A stretch of 60,226 bases of DNA, filler included, from Bipalium vagum (lineage: Eukaryota), in the NCBI GenBank assembly GCA_037834085.1. It is 3 parts of 3 records of this genome, joined end to end, with 100 filler letters (N's around TTAATTAATTAA, not from the genome) between each part and the next. Parts side by side here need not be neighbours in the genome. Positions count along the whole stretch, not along the records: positions 1 to 16,994 come from JBBMKC010083330.1; 2 more parts are not named here. The stretch is one strand, 5' to 3'. Shown here in pieces: positions 1-12,446 of the stretch (within the stretch, counting starts at the first letter, position 1; the number at the start of each line of letters is the position of its first letter). Made by a program: the position numbers and the translations under genes. Below the pieces are notes generated by a model. That model saw only the letters and a list, made by a program, of their open reading frames with translations. It was not told where the DNA came from and did no database searches.

Positions 1-1096
1 ATCAGCGCAAAAAACCTCATTAGAAAACTATAGGCTTTTTTGATTTTGAAAAAATGTCAACACCTTAATACATATATATATATATTAGCTCATAAAATTA
101 GAAAATACATAATTACCTCGTCTAAACAATGTCAGGTAACCAATTTATTTTTAAAAAGTGGTAACATATTTTGAGACACCATGTATATAAAATAATAATA
201 ATGATAATAATATAATTAAGTTTAAAAAGCTGATTATTATAAAAACTTGTGAAAATATAATTATTTATAACAATATAATAGTCCAGTGATGACTTCAAGT
301 TATATCAATACAAATATTTCTGTCTCCTCAGTTCTATAACTTTTTAGTTGTAAAATTAAGTAACATTTCTTCCGTTTTTGAAAACGGGAGAAAATTTGAT
401 TAGTTTATTAAGATGAAATTTAATAATTCTCCTAAAACTGCAAATTACAATTATTTTAATCAATTTGCTCAAGTAAACGAGAAGAACGCCTTATCGCACA
501 GATCACCGGATCCAAGGACAGAAAAGCAGTGCAAAACAATCTCCACGACATGTATCACCCCCGGTCTTGTGATCCTGTAAAACAGTTGACAAATATTCTG
601 TTTTCAAGACTCACAGTGGAAAGCCGTTCGGGTCGAGATTGATGCAGAAATGTCTTTTAGCTTATAGAAAAATATTAATTTGATTGGATATTTTTATTAT
701 TTTTTTCAAAAATTCATATAACTATGTACAAATTCCAAATAATTTGTTCCTTTGCTAATCCATCTTTGCTCACAAAAACGGCTACTACTGCAACAACAGC
801 AAATGCAGGTAGTTTCAAGTTACAATTGATAATTAATAAAAAATAAATCAATAATTTATTTTATCATCACAGCGAATTCGCATTTGGGAAAATGAATATC
901 ATTTTCAACATTTTCTTTTTTAATTAATAATTATTATTTTTAATAATTTTTCCTCTCTTTTTTACAATTTGATTTGTTTTTGTTAAAGAATTAATTTTAA
1001 TAAAAAATACCAAGTAAAGCCTTTCGTGATTTTTTCAGTCATTTATTTTATTATTGTGCAAAATAATGGAACATTATTTTAATATATTATTTATTA

Positions 1097-1572
1097 TTTG
1101 GTACATACTTTGAAAGTGAGCCTTTTCCAAATAGTTGTAATAAAGAAAATTTATTCATTTGTTTAAATAAACTATTTGGATATATAATGTTTATGCAGTT
1201 TTCAAAAAAATCTTTAAAAACATATACTGATATCTTTAACTATTTTTTAATTTTATCCTTTTTTATATTGTGGTTTAAATACCAAATACACAACATTTGC
1301 GCGAAGTGATGTTGCATATTTCATTTTGTTATAAAAAAAATTTGCAGCAGAAACGCACAGATTTCTTGTGGAGGCTTACGGGTACAATGCTCTATCAAAA
1401 ATTCAAAGGATGGTTTGTACGTTTCTTAAACGGCGAAATTATGGTAGAAAACAATGGAAAATATTTTGAATAAACTATCTTTTTCGTTTTATGTTTACTT
1501 ATTATTTATATTAATCATTAAATAATGAAGCAATGTTGTACGAAAGGGCTTACTTTCAATGCATAAGCCAAA
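1097..1572 (+). mobile_element. Internally deleted, non-autonomous mariner (Mos1/mauritiana-like)
   Basis: TA-flanked imperfect TIRs: left TTTGGTACATACTTTGAAAGTGAGCC, right (revcomp) TTTGGCTTATGCATTGAAAGTAAGCC. The interior encodes a Mos1-like N-terminus (PNTQHLREVML...AAETHRFLVEAYG...GWFVRFLNGE) joined directly to the C-terminus MVENNGKYFE*. Confidence 0.8.
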
Positions 1573-2869
1573 TATAATTGAATGATGTTTAATTAATTAC
1601 ATTTATGAAGTACACGATATCCTATCTATCCCAGTTTTTCGACATTGGTACAAGAAAAAACATTCATTATAAATTTAAGATGGATTTTAGATTATTTGTT
1701 TTAATGAAATGAATCAGAGAAAAATTATTCATAAATGATTCAATATTCGCTTATTAATTTCACTGTTTAAATCGGAATATTTTATCGTGGATATGTCCAA
1801 AAATTTTAATTTTTTATTAAATATAAGACATTTTTAAATCCTTTGGTTGACGTTTTTTACGGTTTCCATATAGAAAAACATATAGAACGATTTATTTATT
1901 CCTCACTGATTTACAGTGGATCTTTTGACAATCCATTTATCCTATCATTTAACAAGTTTGCTTAAAATCTAAGAGCTTTTATTCTTCGTTGATTTCCAAC
2001 ATCACAAAAATTCAAATATTAGACATCGAACATCATTTTTTCGACTTTCGACTTTGTTTTCAGTATAATACCTTGTTCTCAAATCAGAATATTTACACAA
2101 TTACATGATTTCAATAACGGCAATTCTCTGTTTAACAGAAAAAATATTTCCCAAAATATCGGTTCCTAACTAGATTTATTAACAAGATCTGCTTTTGTAA
2201 TTCCTCTAGATTCTGTCAAATACGCCTCGGAAAACTTTTTTAATTGATTAATGGAAAAATAGAAAATTCGAATTCTTTTCGTTGAAAATCTTCTTAGTTG
2301 ACTTTATAGAATCCACTGTTTTAAAGAGCAGTAAATACTTGTCAAATTGTAATAGTGAAAACTTACAACCCTTTTAGGATGTTTGAAGAAATTCGTTTGA
2401 AAAATATTATTAAAGGTATATTTTGGTGTAATGATGATAATTTCCACAATTGTAGAATTACAGAAGACTGTTTTGGTATTTTAAATTCCAAACATCACTA
2501 AGTTGAAGTTAGATTAAAATGGGTTGACAAAAATATAATTTTCTTATTATTAATTTGGGTTGCTTGGACTCAAGCAAAAGGATAAATTCAATAAAGAAAC
2601 TTAGAAAAGGAAATTCAACAAGGACAACGATTTTCGTTTATCTTATAAACTATTCGTCTGGAAATTCCTAATAACTGGTTTAATTAGGCAAATATAATTA
2701 AATTCATTCATTTAATAGTGCTTTTTCAATTTTTTGTCTTTCAGAATAATCAATAGTAATTGTAAAATGTTCTCTTCCATAGAATGTGAAAGGGTTTTTA
2801 TGGCTTAGAAAATGTTTTAAAATTAAATTTATTTCATCTTTTTTCTATTATCAGCTTATGAATGGATAT

Positions 2870-2984
2870 GAATAAGAATAGGAATAGGAATAGGAATCGG
2901 AATAAGAATAGGAATAGGAATAGGAATAGGAATAGGAATAGGAATAGGAATAGGAATAGGAATAGGAATAGGAATAGGAATAGG
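2870..2984. repeat. (GGAATA)n hexamer microsatellite running into a 219-N gap (2985-3203)
   Basis: Tandem GGAATA units are directly visible. They produce the spurious NRNRNR and FLFLFL ORFs in the track. Confidence 0.97.
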
Positions 2985-3829
2985 NNNNNNNNNNNNNNNN
3001 NNNNNNNNNNNNNNNNNNNNNNNNNNNNNNNNNNNNNNNNNNNNNNNNNNNNNNNNNNNNNNNNNNNNNNNNNNNNNNNNNNNNNNNNNNNNNNNNNNNN
3101 NNNNNNNNNNNNNNNNNNNNNNNNNNNNNNNNNNNNNNNNNNNNNNNNNNNNNNNNNNNNNNNNNNNNNNNNNNNNNNNNNNNNNNNNNNNNNNNNNNNN
3201 NNNAGGATTACGAATATGAATGCGATCATATTCATGATCTGAAAATAAAGAACTGAAAAAAATGTTAAAAATAAAAGATAAATAGTAAATTGATTCTTAG
3301 TTTGTTTTTCGAATTCGATTATTCCTATATTAATTAATATCTATTGATATTCTTTTAATTGAAATTATTCTCTAATTTAATATAATAAATAAATAAAAAT
3401 TGTCAATTTTTGTAAAACCTAATTACAAAATTATTAATGACAAATTAAAATATTATAATCATTTCATTTCATTGTTTCTTTTAAATTTAATCTTTAGAAT
3501 AGCCTACAAGATTGTGTTAATAGTACTTAATGAGGATTTAATTCCCAGATTAATTTAATTTTCTATTTGAAAGATAAAATATTAAAATGATTTTTTAATT
3601 AAATGCAGTGATTTTCAGTTTAAATTAACTATGAAATATAATTAAAATATAAATTCAATATTTCGTTAAAAAATGTTAATTCAGTAATCATTATTGTTTA
3701 AAATATTGATATAATAATAATAATATTAAGATAATAATTGATTAGATGGGAATATTTTTATAAATTCTATTTATATATTTACAAATAATGTTGTTTATTA
3801 AATAATTAGAGCAAACCAACAAAAATCAT

Positions 3830-3830
<1 letters not shown>

Positions 3831-3877
<47 letters not shown>
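3831..3877. repeat. (AAT)n microsatellite
   Basis: Directly visible triplet run. Confidence 0.95.
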
Positions 3878-3882
<5 letters not shown>

Positions 3883-6224
3883 TATAATAATAAAAATTTA
3901 TAAAGACCTTCATTCTTTATCTAATTATTTGTCTAGTTCTCTTTATTTAATAATTTCAAAACAAATTGTTTGTTTAAAACAATGAGAAAGAGTTTCAAAT
4001 AGATCTCTCTGTACTTAGGGCAAACATTTTTCCAATTTTTTCAACAGAAAATGTTAATAGGCAAAAAACGAAGTTAATGTTGGGACAATTAAATTGTATA
4101 ATCCCTCCACATAATAGTACTAAATCATCGGAAAATTGCGAAGATGGCCATCCTTTATTGCAACTATGGCTCATTGGAGCTGATTTTATTTCGTGCATGG
4201 CCAGTCCCCAGCATCCGTCTTGTTATCATTCAAATGTTAATTACAAAAATTTGTTGAATTTTAATGAATAAATTTCGTCAAATCAAAGAAAAAGAATTAA
4301 TCATTTATTTCATATTGGCATTGGGTTTTTTTCCTTAACCAAATAAAACTGATCAAATTCTTTTTTTTTTAAAAAAGAAAACAATTATTCAATTTCCTTG
4401 AGAATAAGAAATCAAATATTGTCCCAAAATTAACCGTTATGTTTATGGGAAAAATATAAATAAATAAAATAAATAAATAATATTTTCGCTATCCACAATA
4501 AGCGAGAAAAAATTATTAAACAAAAAAATCAACGAACAACAGACAGAATTTTCCATTCACCACGACTTGAAAGATGGTAAAATTTCCAATCGTTCCATCT
4601 TCCATCCAAATAATTCGAAGATAAAAGATGAGAAAATTTCAGTAAAAGAACAAATCCGTTATAATCAATTTAGATTTCCTTTGTGATTGTATGGGGGATA
4701 ATTTTTTCATCAAGAAATTTTCCAGATGGTTTTTAACGAGAAGTAAATTTTAATTACATTTGATAATTATTTGCCCAATTTAAAATTGATGAAGCAAAAG
4801 GCAATGAAGACTGATTCCCCGAACCAGAAATGAGAAGAAACTGTGGCTCAGATCGAGGCAATAATTGTTATATTTGTCCAAGGTAAATCTTGGCTAAATT
4901 TTAAATTGCTTGATTATCAGGCAAATTAACATTGACATTTTGACACTTTGTTATGATTTCTCCTGATAAAATCCCCGACCGAATCAAAGTCGTATTATGG
5001 AATATTTGGCCATGTTGGTTTAAGTCGAATTCTTCAATTAAATTAGTCTGTTGGACGCAGTTAATTATTGCTTTGATTGCTCTCGGAAAAGGGGAAACTT
5101 TGTCGTAATCAATGGGAAAATAATGTGTTCTGCAAATTATTTAAATGCCTTTTCTAATGACAGATTTGTAATTCGTATTTTATCCCACATTGCAACATTG
5201 ATTGGGGTCCATATAAAAAATAATCACATTTGTAAAATCATACAGAAAGTCATTTTCTGTTCACACTCCATAATAATATTTTATATATTTTTTACCTCGG
5301 CAGTTTCCTTTTCTTTTCGTTTTACAAAATTAACATATTTTTTTCTTAATAAAAAAACAATGATTCTTTATCTTTTCCTTCAGATAAGGAATTTCCAATG
5401 CGAGTTTTAGAAATTTATTTTTTTTATTTTATCATTTTTGCTCTCAAAAATTAAAAAAAATTTTTATAAATTATTAAAAAATTCATAAATCAAAGAAATG
5501 AAGTAAAAATCCTGATTGAGAAAAAAATTAAAATATTATTGTAAAAATAGTTAATTAAATTTTTAATTAAGTTTTCTTCTGAAAATTTTTTAACTTAAAA
5601 TAACTTTAAATTTTATTTTAAATATAATTTATTTATTTATTTTTATTTATTTATTTGTTTATTTATTTATATGATTTTTATTGTTTTTCATTTTCGAGAG
5701 GTTTTAACAAATTATTCTTAAAAATAAATCAGTAAAAATAGTTTTAATAAAAAATTCAGAAATAATAAAGAAATGTTTGGTGAATCTTTATTAAATTTGA
5801 GCAGGCTTATATTGATTTTTCCTCTGAAAAATTCCTCGAAAATTGCTGTGGCGCAAAATGTTTGGTGGAAATTGTCAAAAAATATTAAAAATTCAAGTTA
5901 AATTTATTTTTAGAAATAATTATTTTTTAAATATTTTTATAAGAATATTTAAGTAATTATTAAAATTTTTTTTAATATTTAAAAATATTTTGAAATAATT
6001 TTCTTATTAACCGTTGCCTTTGAAATTAACTTTAGAGACCACTTGTGTAATAATATAACTTTATTATTATTAATTATTTTTTCCTTTCCTTGACTAAAAC
6101 AAAATTATATTGTCTTGGTAGGAAATCTTTTATTTCTATATTAACTTTCTTTTTAAACTAACTGGTTCAAAACTATTCCATTTTTTATATTTGTTTATAT
6201 TATATTAAACTATATATTAAATAG

Positions 6225-6440
6225 GATCGTGGGCAAGGTCGTTCCACCTGTTTATTTTAGCATCAAGGATATAAAGCTTCTCGTCATGGAAAAATTGATA
6301 AAATCAGTATCTTTGTGATTTAATGAGGACAACAACAATTTGAAGCGGGCAATTCTTTACGATTTGATAGCTTCAGACAGCAACTTTTGCACATTAAACG
6401 TGTAAAAATGGTATCTGAGATCCCGTTTAGCGATTGAGCA
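6225..6440 (-). mobile_element. maT/DD37D (Bmmar1-like) transposase fragment
   Basis: The minus strand reads DLRYHFYTFNVQKLLSEA...NFFHDEKLYILDAKINRWNDLAHDP, matching the maT pattern DLRYKSY...FFSDEK.F.VDAKINRRNDRWLA. It contains a stop codon. Confidence 0.7.
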
Positions 6441-8239
6441 AAAAAAATATTTTCTGAATTAGCAGCATCTTCTCCAGACATGTCAAAAACAGAATACTTT
6501 TGTCTAATGTCATATATGGTAAACCTTAGATATCCGAAAAAGTAATCATTCCCTTGGGTAATCTTTGGTTGTGAGCCATTCTATTGCTACCACTCTTAAT
6601 TTAAATTCGAATGCTATTTTTTCTATTATTATGATTTTCAAATAATGTGAGTATATAAACGTTAAGACAAATATCTTAAATTAAATGTTGCTTTTCAATA
6701 TCACAGCAAACCTTGTCTGGATTTTGCTGGTGGACCTTGTATATAATAATATGTGGCATATTGCGGTAATAAAATTGCTTAGCATTGTCTATAGACAATC
6801 TTATACATTCACTCCTTTATCATTTAATAAAACTTCAAAGTCTCAAACTCATTATACATAAAAAACATTTACAATATCCATTTTCTCAAAAATGAACCCT
6901 TGTTAAGAACGTATTTTGTAAGTAATAAACCTCGTGATAAAATTCATTAATTTTTGTGTTATTAACCTCAAAAAATTATAATTCATTGTAACTTGTTAAA
7001 TATATTTTCTGTAAATTTCAATAACCTTTAACAGTTAGGACAAGTTCTCATTAAAATATAAAATCTCCATCCACATTATGTCAGGGTGCTCCATTTAAAT
7101 CCGAACTCCACAAAAACAAAAAAGCCTATTTCTTATTGTAATTTTTAAGATAAACTATTCTTTTTTTTCATTGTTCATAATTATTTTGTTATGCGTCTGA
7201 ATATTAATCAGAGAATGTTTCGTGTTATTTTCGAGCGGGTTATTAAAACAGAACATGGAAAAACTTTATTCTTCTGAAGAATGCAAATGGTAATTTGCAT
7301 AGCAAGACGGTTGGGTTTGGCGAGCCCGCAAAAAATCAACTATTAATTCAATGTCAAATTTTTCTGTGAAACTGGGTCAGTGTCAGATAGATTTATTTGC
7401 GACGTTTTACTTAATTTTATTATCCAGAATTGATATATTTACTCATATAAATGGCTTGTTTAACTATTTCAAGTAAATATATATTTAACATGGCGTTTTG
7501 GAGCAATTGGTTGAATAAGTAAATTATCTTTAATAATATTCGATGGTGTCACAACATTGCAAAAATGCACCCTGGTAAAAAAAGACCAGAGTATTAGAAT
7601 AATGCAATAAAATTGTCAAAATTAGGAAGAAAAAGACTAACAATAATTAATGTTAAAAAATAATTTAATTTAATTTACAACGATTTATTAATCGTATCAC
7701 ATAATACATCGTAAAAGTAGTTTTTTCTTCGTTTTGATTGGTTTCAGATATTCTCATTTGTTATTCTTTTCTGTTTTTGATTTTGAAAATTTCTTGTATT
7801 ATCATTCTTATCACGTTCAGGCTAACTTTGAACCCACCAGTGAGAACAAGTCACTGAACAAATGGAAATTAACCAACTGACATTCAGCCAAATTTCACGG
7901 TCAATCCCTAGTCGATCCAGGCCAACATAAAGATATCACCAGGCTTATCAATTGTTCCCATTATGTTTTAAGAGTTTCTCTGGAATTTGACTCAACTCCT
8001 GATTTTCTATCAGAAAGTATTCATCCACTATTATTCCATATCTTCGGGTAAAAAGGTGTAAGAGAGAATCCAGACAACATATTCTCACTCCAGCTCTTTG
8101 TAAAATAGAAATTTATGGATGAATATACACAAGTGATTGCTTCTGAGGCTCCCTTCAAATTGCTTCAAACAGTTGATGGTCTATCAGTCTTATTAGAATT
8201 TCCAGCACCTGTCCCTCACCATCCTTCAACTTTCAAATT

Positions 8240-10400
8240 ACTTAGATCGGTAGCATAGTATTCTGGATTTTTGGAGTCAACAAAGTCTTTGAAAGCCTAT
8301 TGGACATCGTCGTGATTCTTGAACTGTCTGTCGTGACAGTCCGTGGGCCTTTTTCTATTTACCAATGCCGGCTGTTTTTTTAAATCTGTTAATAGCCTGA
8401 CAGTACCTCTCTGCTGAGATGATTTTGTCAAAATTGAAAATGTTATGGTGGATTAAATCCAAATTTGATTGGTGTATTTATCAGACCACCAAACAGTAAC
8501 CATAACATTCTTTGGATGCAACTTTGGCTTCGGAAGTCAGCAGAAGTCTGATCATGGTCCAGCCATAGACATAAACGCTTCCAATTGTAGTAGAGCGTTT
8601 TCATCGCAGGTCACAATCCGATAGAAAAAATGGAGGATTGCAGTCCGCTGCAAATGTTTTAAACAAACCTCATAACGATTCATGTACTTTTTTTTCAATT
8701 CATACGGCACCCATTTTTTAAGCTTATTTGTCTTACCAATATGTTTCAGTCCATTCTCAAAGGTGCTGTGAGCAAAATTAAGACGGTTACTCGAGGGTTT
8801 TTTTCAACCAGACTCTTCAGGACATTGAGATCAAAATCTTGATGACGACCGTGACCTGGTTGAACTTCAAGGCTCATTTTGGCAAAATTTTGGGAATCAC
8901 TGTTGTAAACAGAATATACCGAGTGCGGAATAAAAATTGCGACTGTTAAATATTTTGTATTGACGCCAATAATTTTTTTCTTTGTTAGTCATATATATTT
9001 ATGATAAGTATTTTTGTCTAGTACACATCAGTAAAATAAAAAAATTTTATACAGTAAAATGGTATCGAGCAAAAATCAAAAGATTATTGATCTTTTGAAC
9101 GAGGGAAAAAGACCATATATTGCACAAGCTCTTTGAGTACACCGAGCAACAGTATTTCGTGTCCAAGCATATTTCAACGTAAAAAACTATAGAAAGACAG
9201 CCTGATAGTGCAAGACCTAGATCCAAGCGTAGATCGTCTACCATCATTGCAGTGAAAGCCAGAATAAAGAGAAATTCTGTCAGGTCCATGAGACAGATAA
9301 CCAATGACTTCAACATAAACGAAAAATCTATGAGAAAGCTCATAAAATATAATATTGGGGATAGATTTCTTAGTAGAGCTTCTCGGCCTCTACAAACAAC
9401 AATGAATAAGGTAACTAGATTTAAAGATGTAAACGCATACTTTCATTTTTGACGAAAGATACGCACGTTATCTTGTTTTCTGATGAGAGGATATTCACTG
9501 ATACCCGTGCCTCAAATAGTATGAATGATAGACTTATTGTAAAAGTTGGAACACAACAAATTTCTGATAATATCAAACAAATATATATATATATATATAT
9601 CAAAATATCCAAACCAAGTCTCATGCATCAGAAAAAAATGACACTTGTTTTCATTGAGAGAAACAAAAAATGAATCCTGACGCTTATATTCAAATACTTG
9701 AGAATGTTGTCAAACGTTGGATTGATTCAAACTACCAATTTGATGATCCAGTTGTGTTCACCCAAGATAGATACCATACATCCCAAAAGACTCAGAACTG
9801 TCTTCAGAAAAAAATATGCCGAATTTCTGGTCAAAAAATATGAGGCCTACTAATTCTCCAGATATCAATCCCTTGGATTTTTCTAACTAGGCGAATCTTC
9901 AGTCTAAGGCTTGTAATAAGTCACATGCCAACATCAATACTCTCAATGTCAGTTTAATTAAAGTCTGGGAGGACTTATCCGAACAATCCATTGTGGCAAA
10001 ATGCCAAAGATTCCGAACCAGATTTGAAAAAATTATTCAAAATAATGGTGGATTAATTGAATAAATAAAATCTGTATATATCTATCTTCATTAAGTATAA
10101 ATTGTTGCTTAATAAGAGTATTTCTTATAAATTCTTAGTTGAAATTTGTTTTGCAAAAAATTGCAATTTTTATTCCGCACCCGGTAAATATCCCTCGAAA
10201 CTGAATTTTTTCCATACGTTTCACGAATCTGATAATCTCTAAAAATTTTAATTTTATCAGAAAAATCATACCGTTATATAGAACGAAAAATGACCTTTCT
10301 TTTAATATATATCAATAAAAATAATCAATAACTTATTAATTAAAAAACTTAAATTTATAACTGTACATATTAAAACGATATTTATCTCTGGCCAACATAT
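8240..10400 (-). mobile_element. Decayed mariner (cecropia/Hsmar1-like), split by a nested maT element
   Basis: Minus-strand motifs FFYRIVTCDE, PKPKLHPKNVMVTVWWS and FKNHDDVQ*AFKDFVDSKNPEYYA (cf. Hsmar1 AFQEFVESRSTDFYA). The N-terminal part (QIRETYGKNSVS) and a TIR-like TAATATGTTGGCCAGAGATAAATATCGTTTT resume at 10187-10402. Confidence 0.75.
8919..10184 (+). mobile_element. Full-length but inactivated maT/DD37D transposon (1266 bp)
   Basis: Near-perfect TIRs CCG(A/G)GTGCGGAATAAAAATTGC with TA on both sides (8917-18 and 10185-86). The transposase is broken: KARIKRNSVRSMRQI, ILFSDERIFT, VFTQD...NFWSKNMRPTNSPDINPLDFS. A (TA)n run lies inside at about 9581-9600. Confidence 0.9.
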
Positions 10401-11239
10401 TATGTTCTGCATATTAGTAAGTTAATAAAATATCACGATTTCTGGGGCCTATAAAATTTATTGATAGAAATCTGAGACAAGTTCTGTTTTATGTTTATCA
10501 GTTTAATTCTATCAAACCATAAATGTTGTTTCACTTTAAATTGATAATTATTTTATCTTAAGAAAATAAGCTACCTAATAATTAAAATCTAACCAACTTT
10601 TATTTATTGAAATTATTAATTAATTTGGCTGAATTATTTTTGTAACTGAAATTTTATTTATTTTTTATTTATAATTTTATTTTTTAATTAACAAAAATGT
10701 TCCTTTTCATTTTCAATTTTAAGTTTTCTCTGCAACAAAATAAATAATTATAGTAGATAATTATATATTTTTAGAATTCCACAGTAGATTATAGTAGAGC
10801 AATTTTTTATTATAAATTTATGTTTTTTCATCTGTAATAAAAAATAATATGAAAATATTCTTGTTGATTCTTAATTGCATGCACATTTTATACATTATTT
10901 ATTTTCCATGTCAACAATGAGAAAAATATTCTTAAAATCTCAAACATATTTATAATAATTTCTTTGACTCTATCTGAAGTAATTAAATTTATAACTATAC
11001 TTCCTATGAATATAATTACTATAATTAATTTAATTATTTAGAGCGATAATTATTTTACGAAATTTTTCATAAAAAACATTTTTCAACAAAAAATAAATAA
11101 TGGATTATTTGATTTCTATAATAAACTACTTTTAATAGTCAGTATTAGAAAAATGCTTTGTTTTATTGAATCTTTAAATTGTTATTTCAAAATTCCAAAG
11201 TTTTATCACAAAGCAAGTTAATATATTATATATTTTATC

Positions 11240-11790
11240 GAACATCCTGTAGATCGAAAAATTTTGAAGATACAGATTTTCAAGTATTGTTGGATGAATA
11301 CGACACACAGACTCCTCAACAACTTGCAGATGTCTCATATGTTACACAAGAAGCAATTTTATTATTGATTACATGCAACGGGAAAGATTCAAAAATTAGG
11401 AAAATTTATTAGATGAGAAAACTAAGAAAAATGAAAAAAAGTTTGAAAATGTTGACGAAACAGTCAAAAGAAAATCGTTTTTGTATTGTTTTGTCACTGA
11501 GAACGAAAAATGGATATATTTCAATAATTCCCAACTTAGAATATCTTAGTGCGACCTAGGTATTAATCGATAAACGTAATATTTATGGGAAGGTACATAT
11601 GGTCGGATCAGAAGACTGTGTTATACTACGAGCTCTTGCTACATAATCTTGCAATTAATATAAGCATTTTCACAGTCCTAAAATTGTCGTTTTAAACTTG
11701 TACACCTAAAAGAATATAAAATCGTACCTCGACGATTGGAAAAAACGGTGTCATGAATGTATTACACTGACTGGGGACCATAATTTTTAT
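11240..11790 (+). mobile_element. Mos1-like mariner transposase remnant
   Basis: KNFEDTDFQVLLDEYDTQTPQQLADVSYVTQEAI (cf. Mos1 KRYEDAELQALLDEDDAQTQKQLAEQLEVSQQAV), followed by FVTENEKWIYFNN. Confidence 0.8.
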
Positions 11791-12446
11791 AATTAAAGAA
11801 ATATATCGAGTTTTATTCGAAAATTCTCAACAGTTTTTGAACATAGTAGTATTTTTTAGTCTAGGATTAAATAAACGGATAAAAGGCTATTAATGAGGTC
11901 ACCTGTCATCATAAAGTTTTTATAATATTGAAAAAATAAAAATTCTGTAAAACAAATTAATTAGTTTTTCTGTTTTTAAAATTTATTTAAAACTTAGAAA
12001 TTATTTATTTTGGCATCTTTGAAAATTTTTCATTTGAACTAAATACTCTGGTTACTCTGGATTTTTGAGTTTCTGTTGAGTAACCTAACATTTGGGTTTT
12101 CCACTTTTCTTCACTCCAAATTCCTGAAGTCTTTTTTCCTAACCGAATTAGGATATAATTTTTCATGGTTTAGCAGAAAAGATTCTAAAAGGACAATTCA
12201 AAATTGCGTTTTTCTCTGAAAATACATGTAAACTGTAATTTAGACTAACCCACGTATTAAGGATTCAACTGCTTATATTTTCACTTCATAATTTAATAAT
12301 TTATCAATAAATATTATTAAGACATATTGAAGAAGGACTAGAAGACTTCTTCATATTTGGAAAATACCGCAAATAATTGTTTTAATAATGTTTGAAACAA
12401 AATCGGCAAAATTGGCAAAGTATAATTAAAAACTCAGAAGACCAAT

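Noticed and set aside
2834-3242. ORFs rich in NR and FL dipeptides
   Set aside because: They are translations of the (GGAATA)n microsatellite and the N gap.
7820-8230. Possible Gypsy pol remnant (CWPGSTRD-like)
   Set aside because: A single weak motif amid many stop codons.
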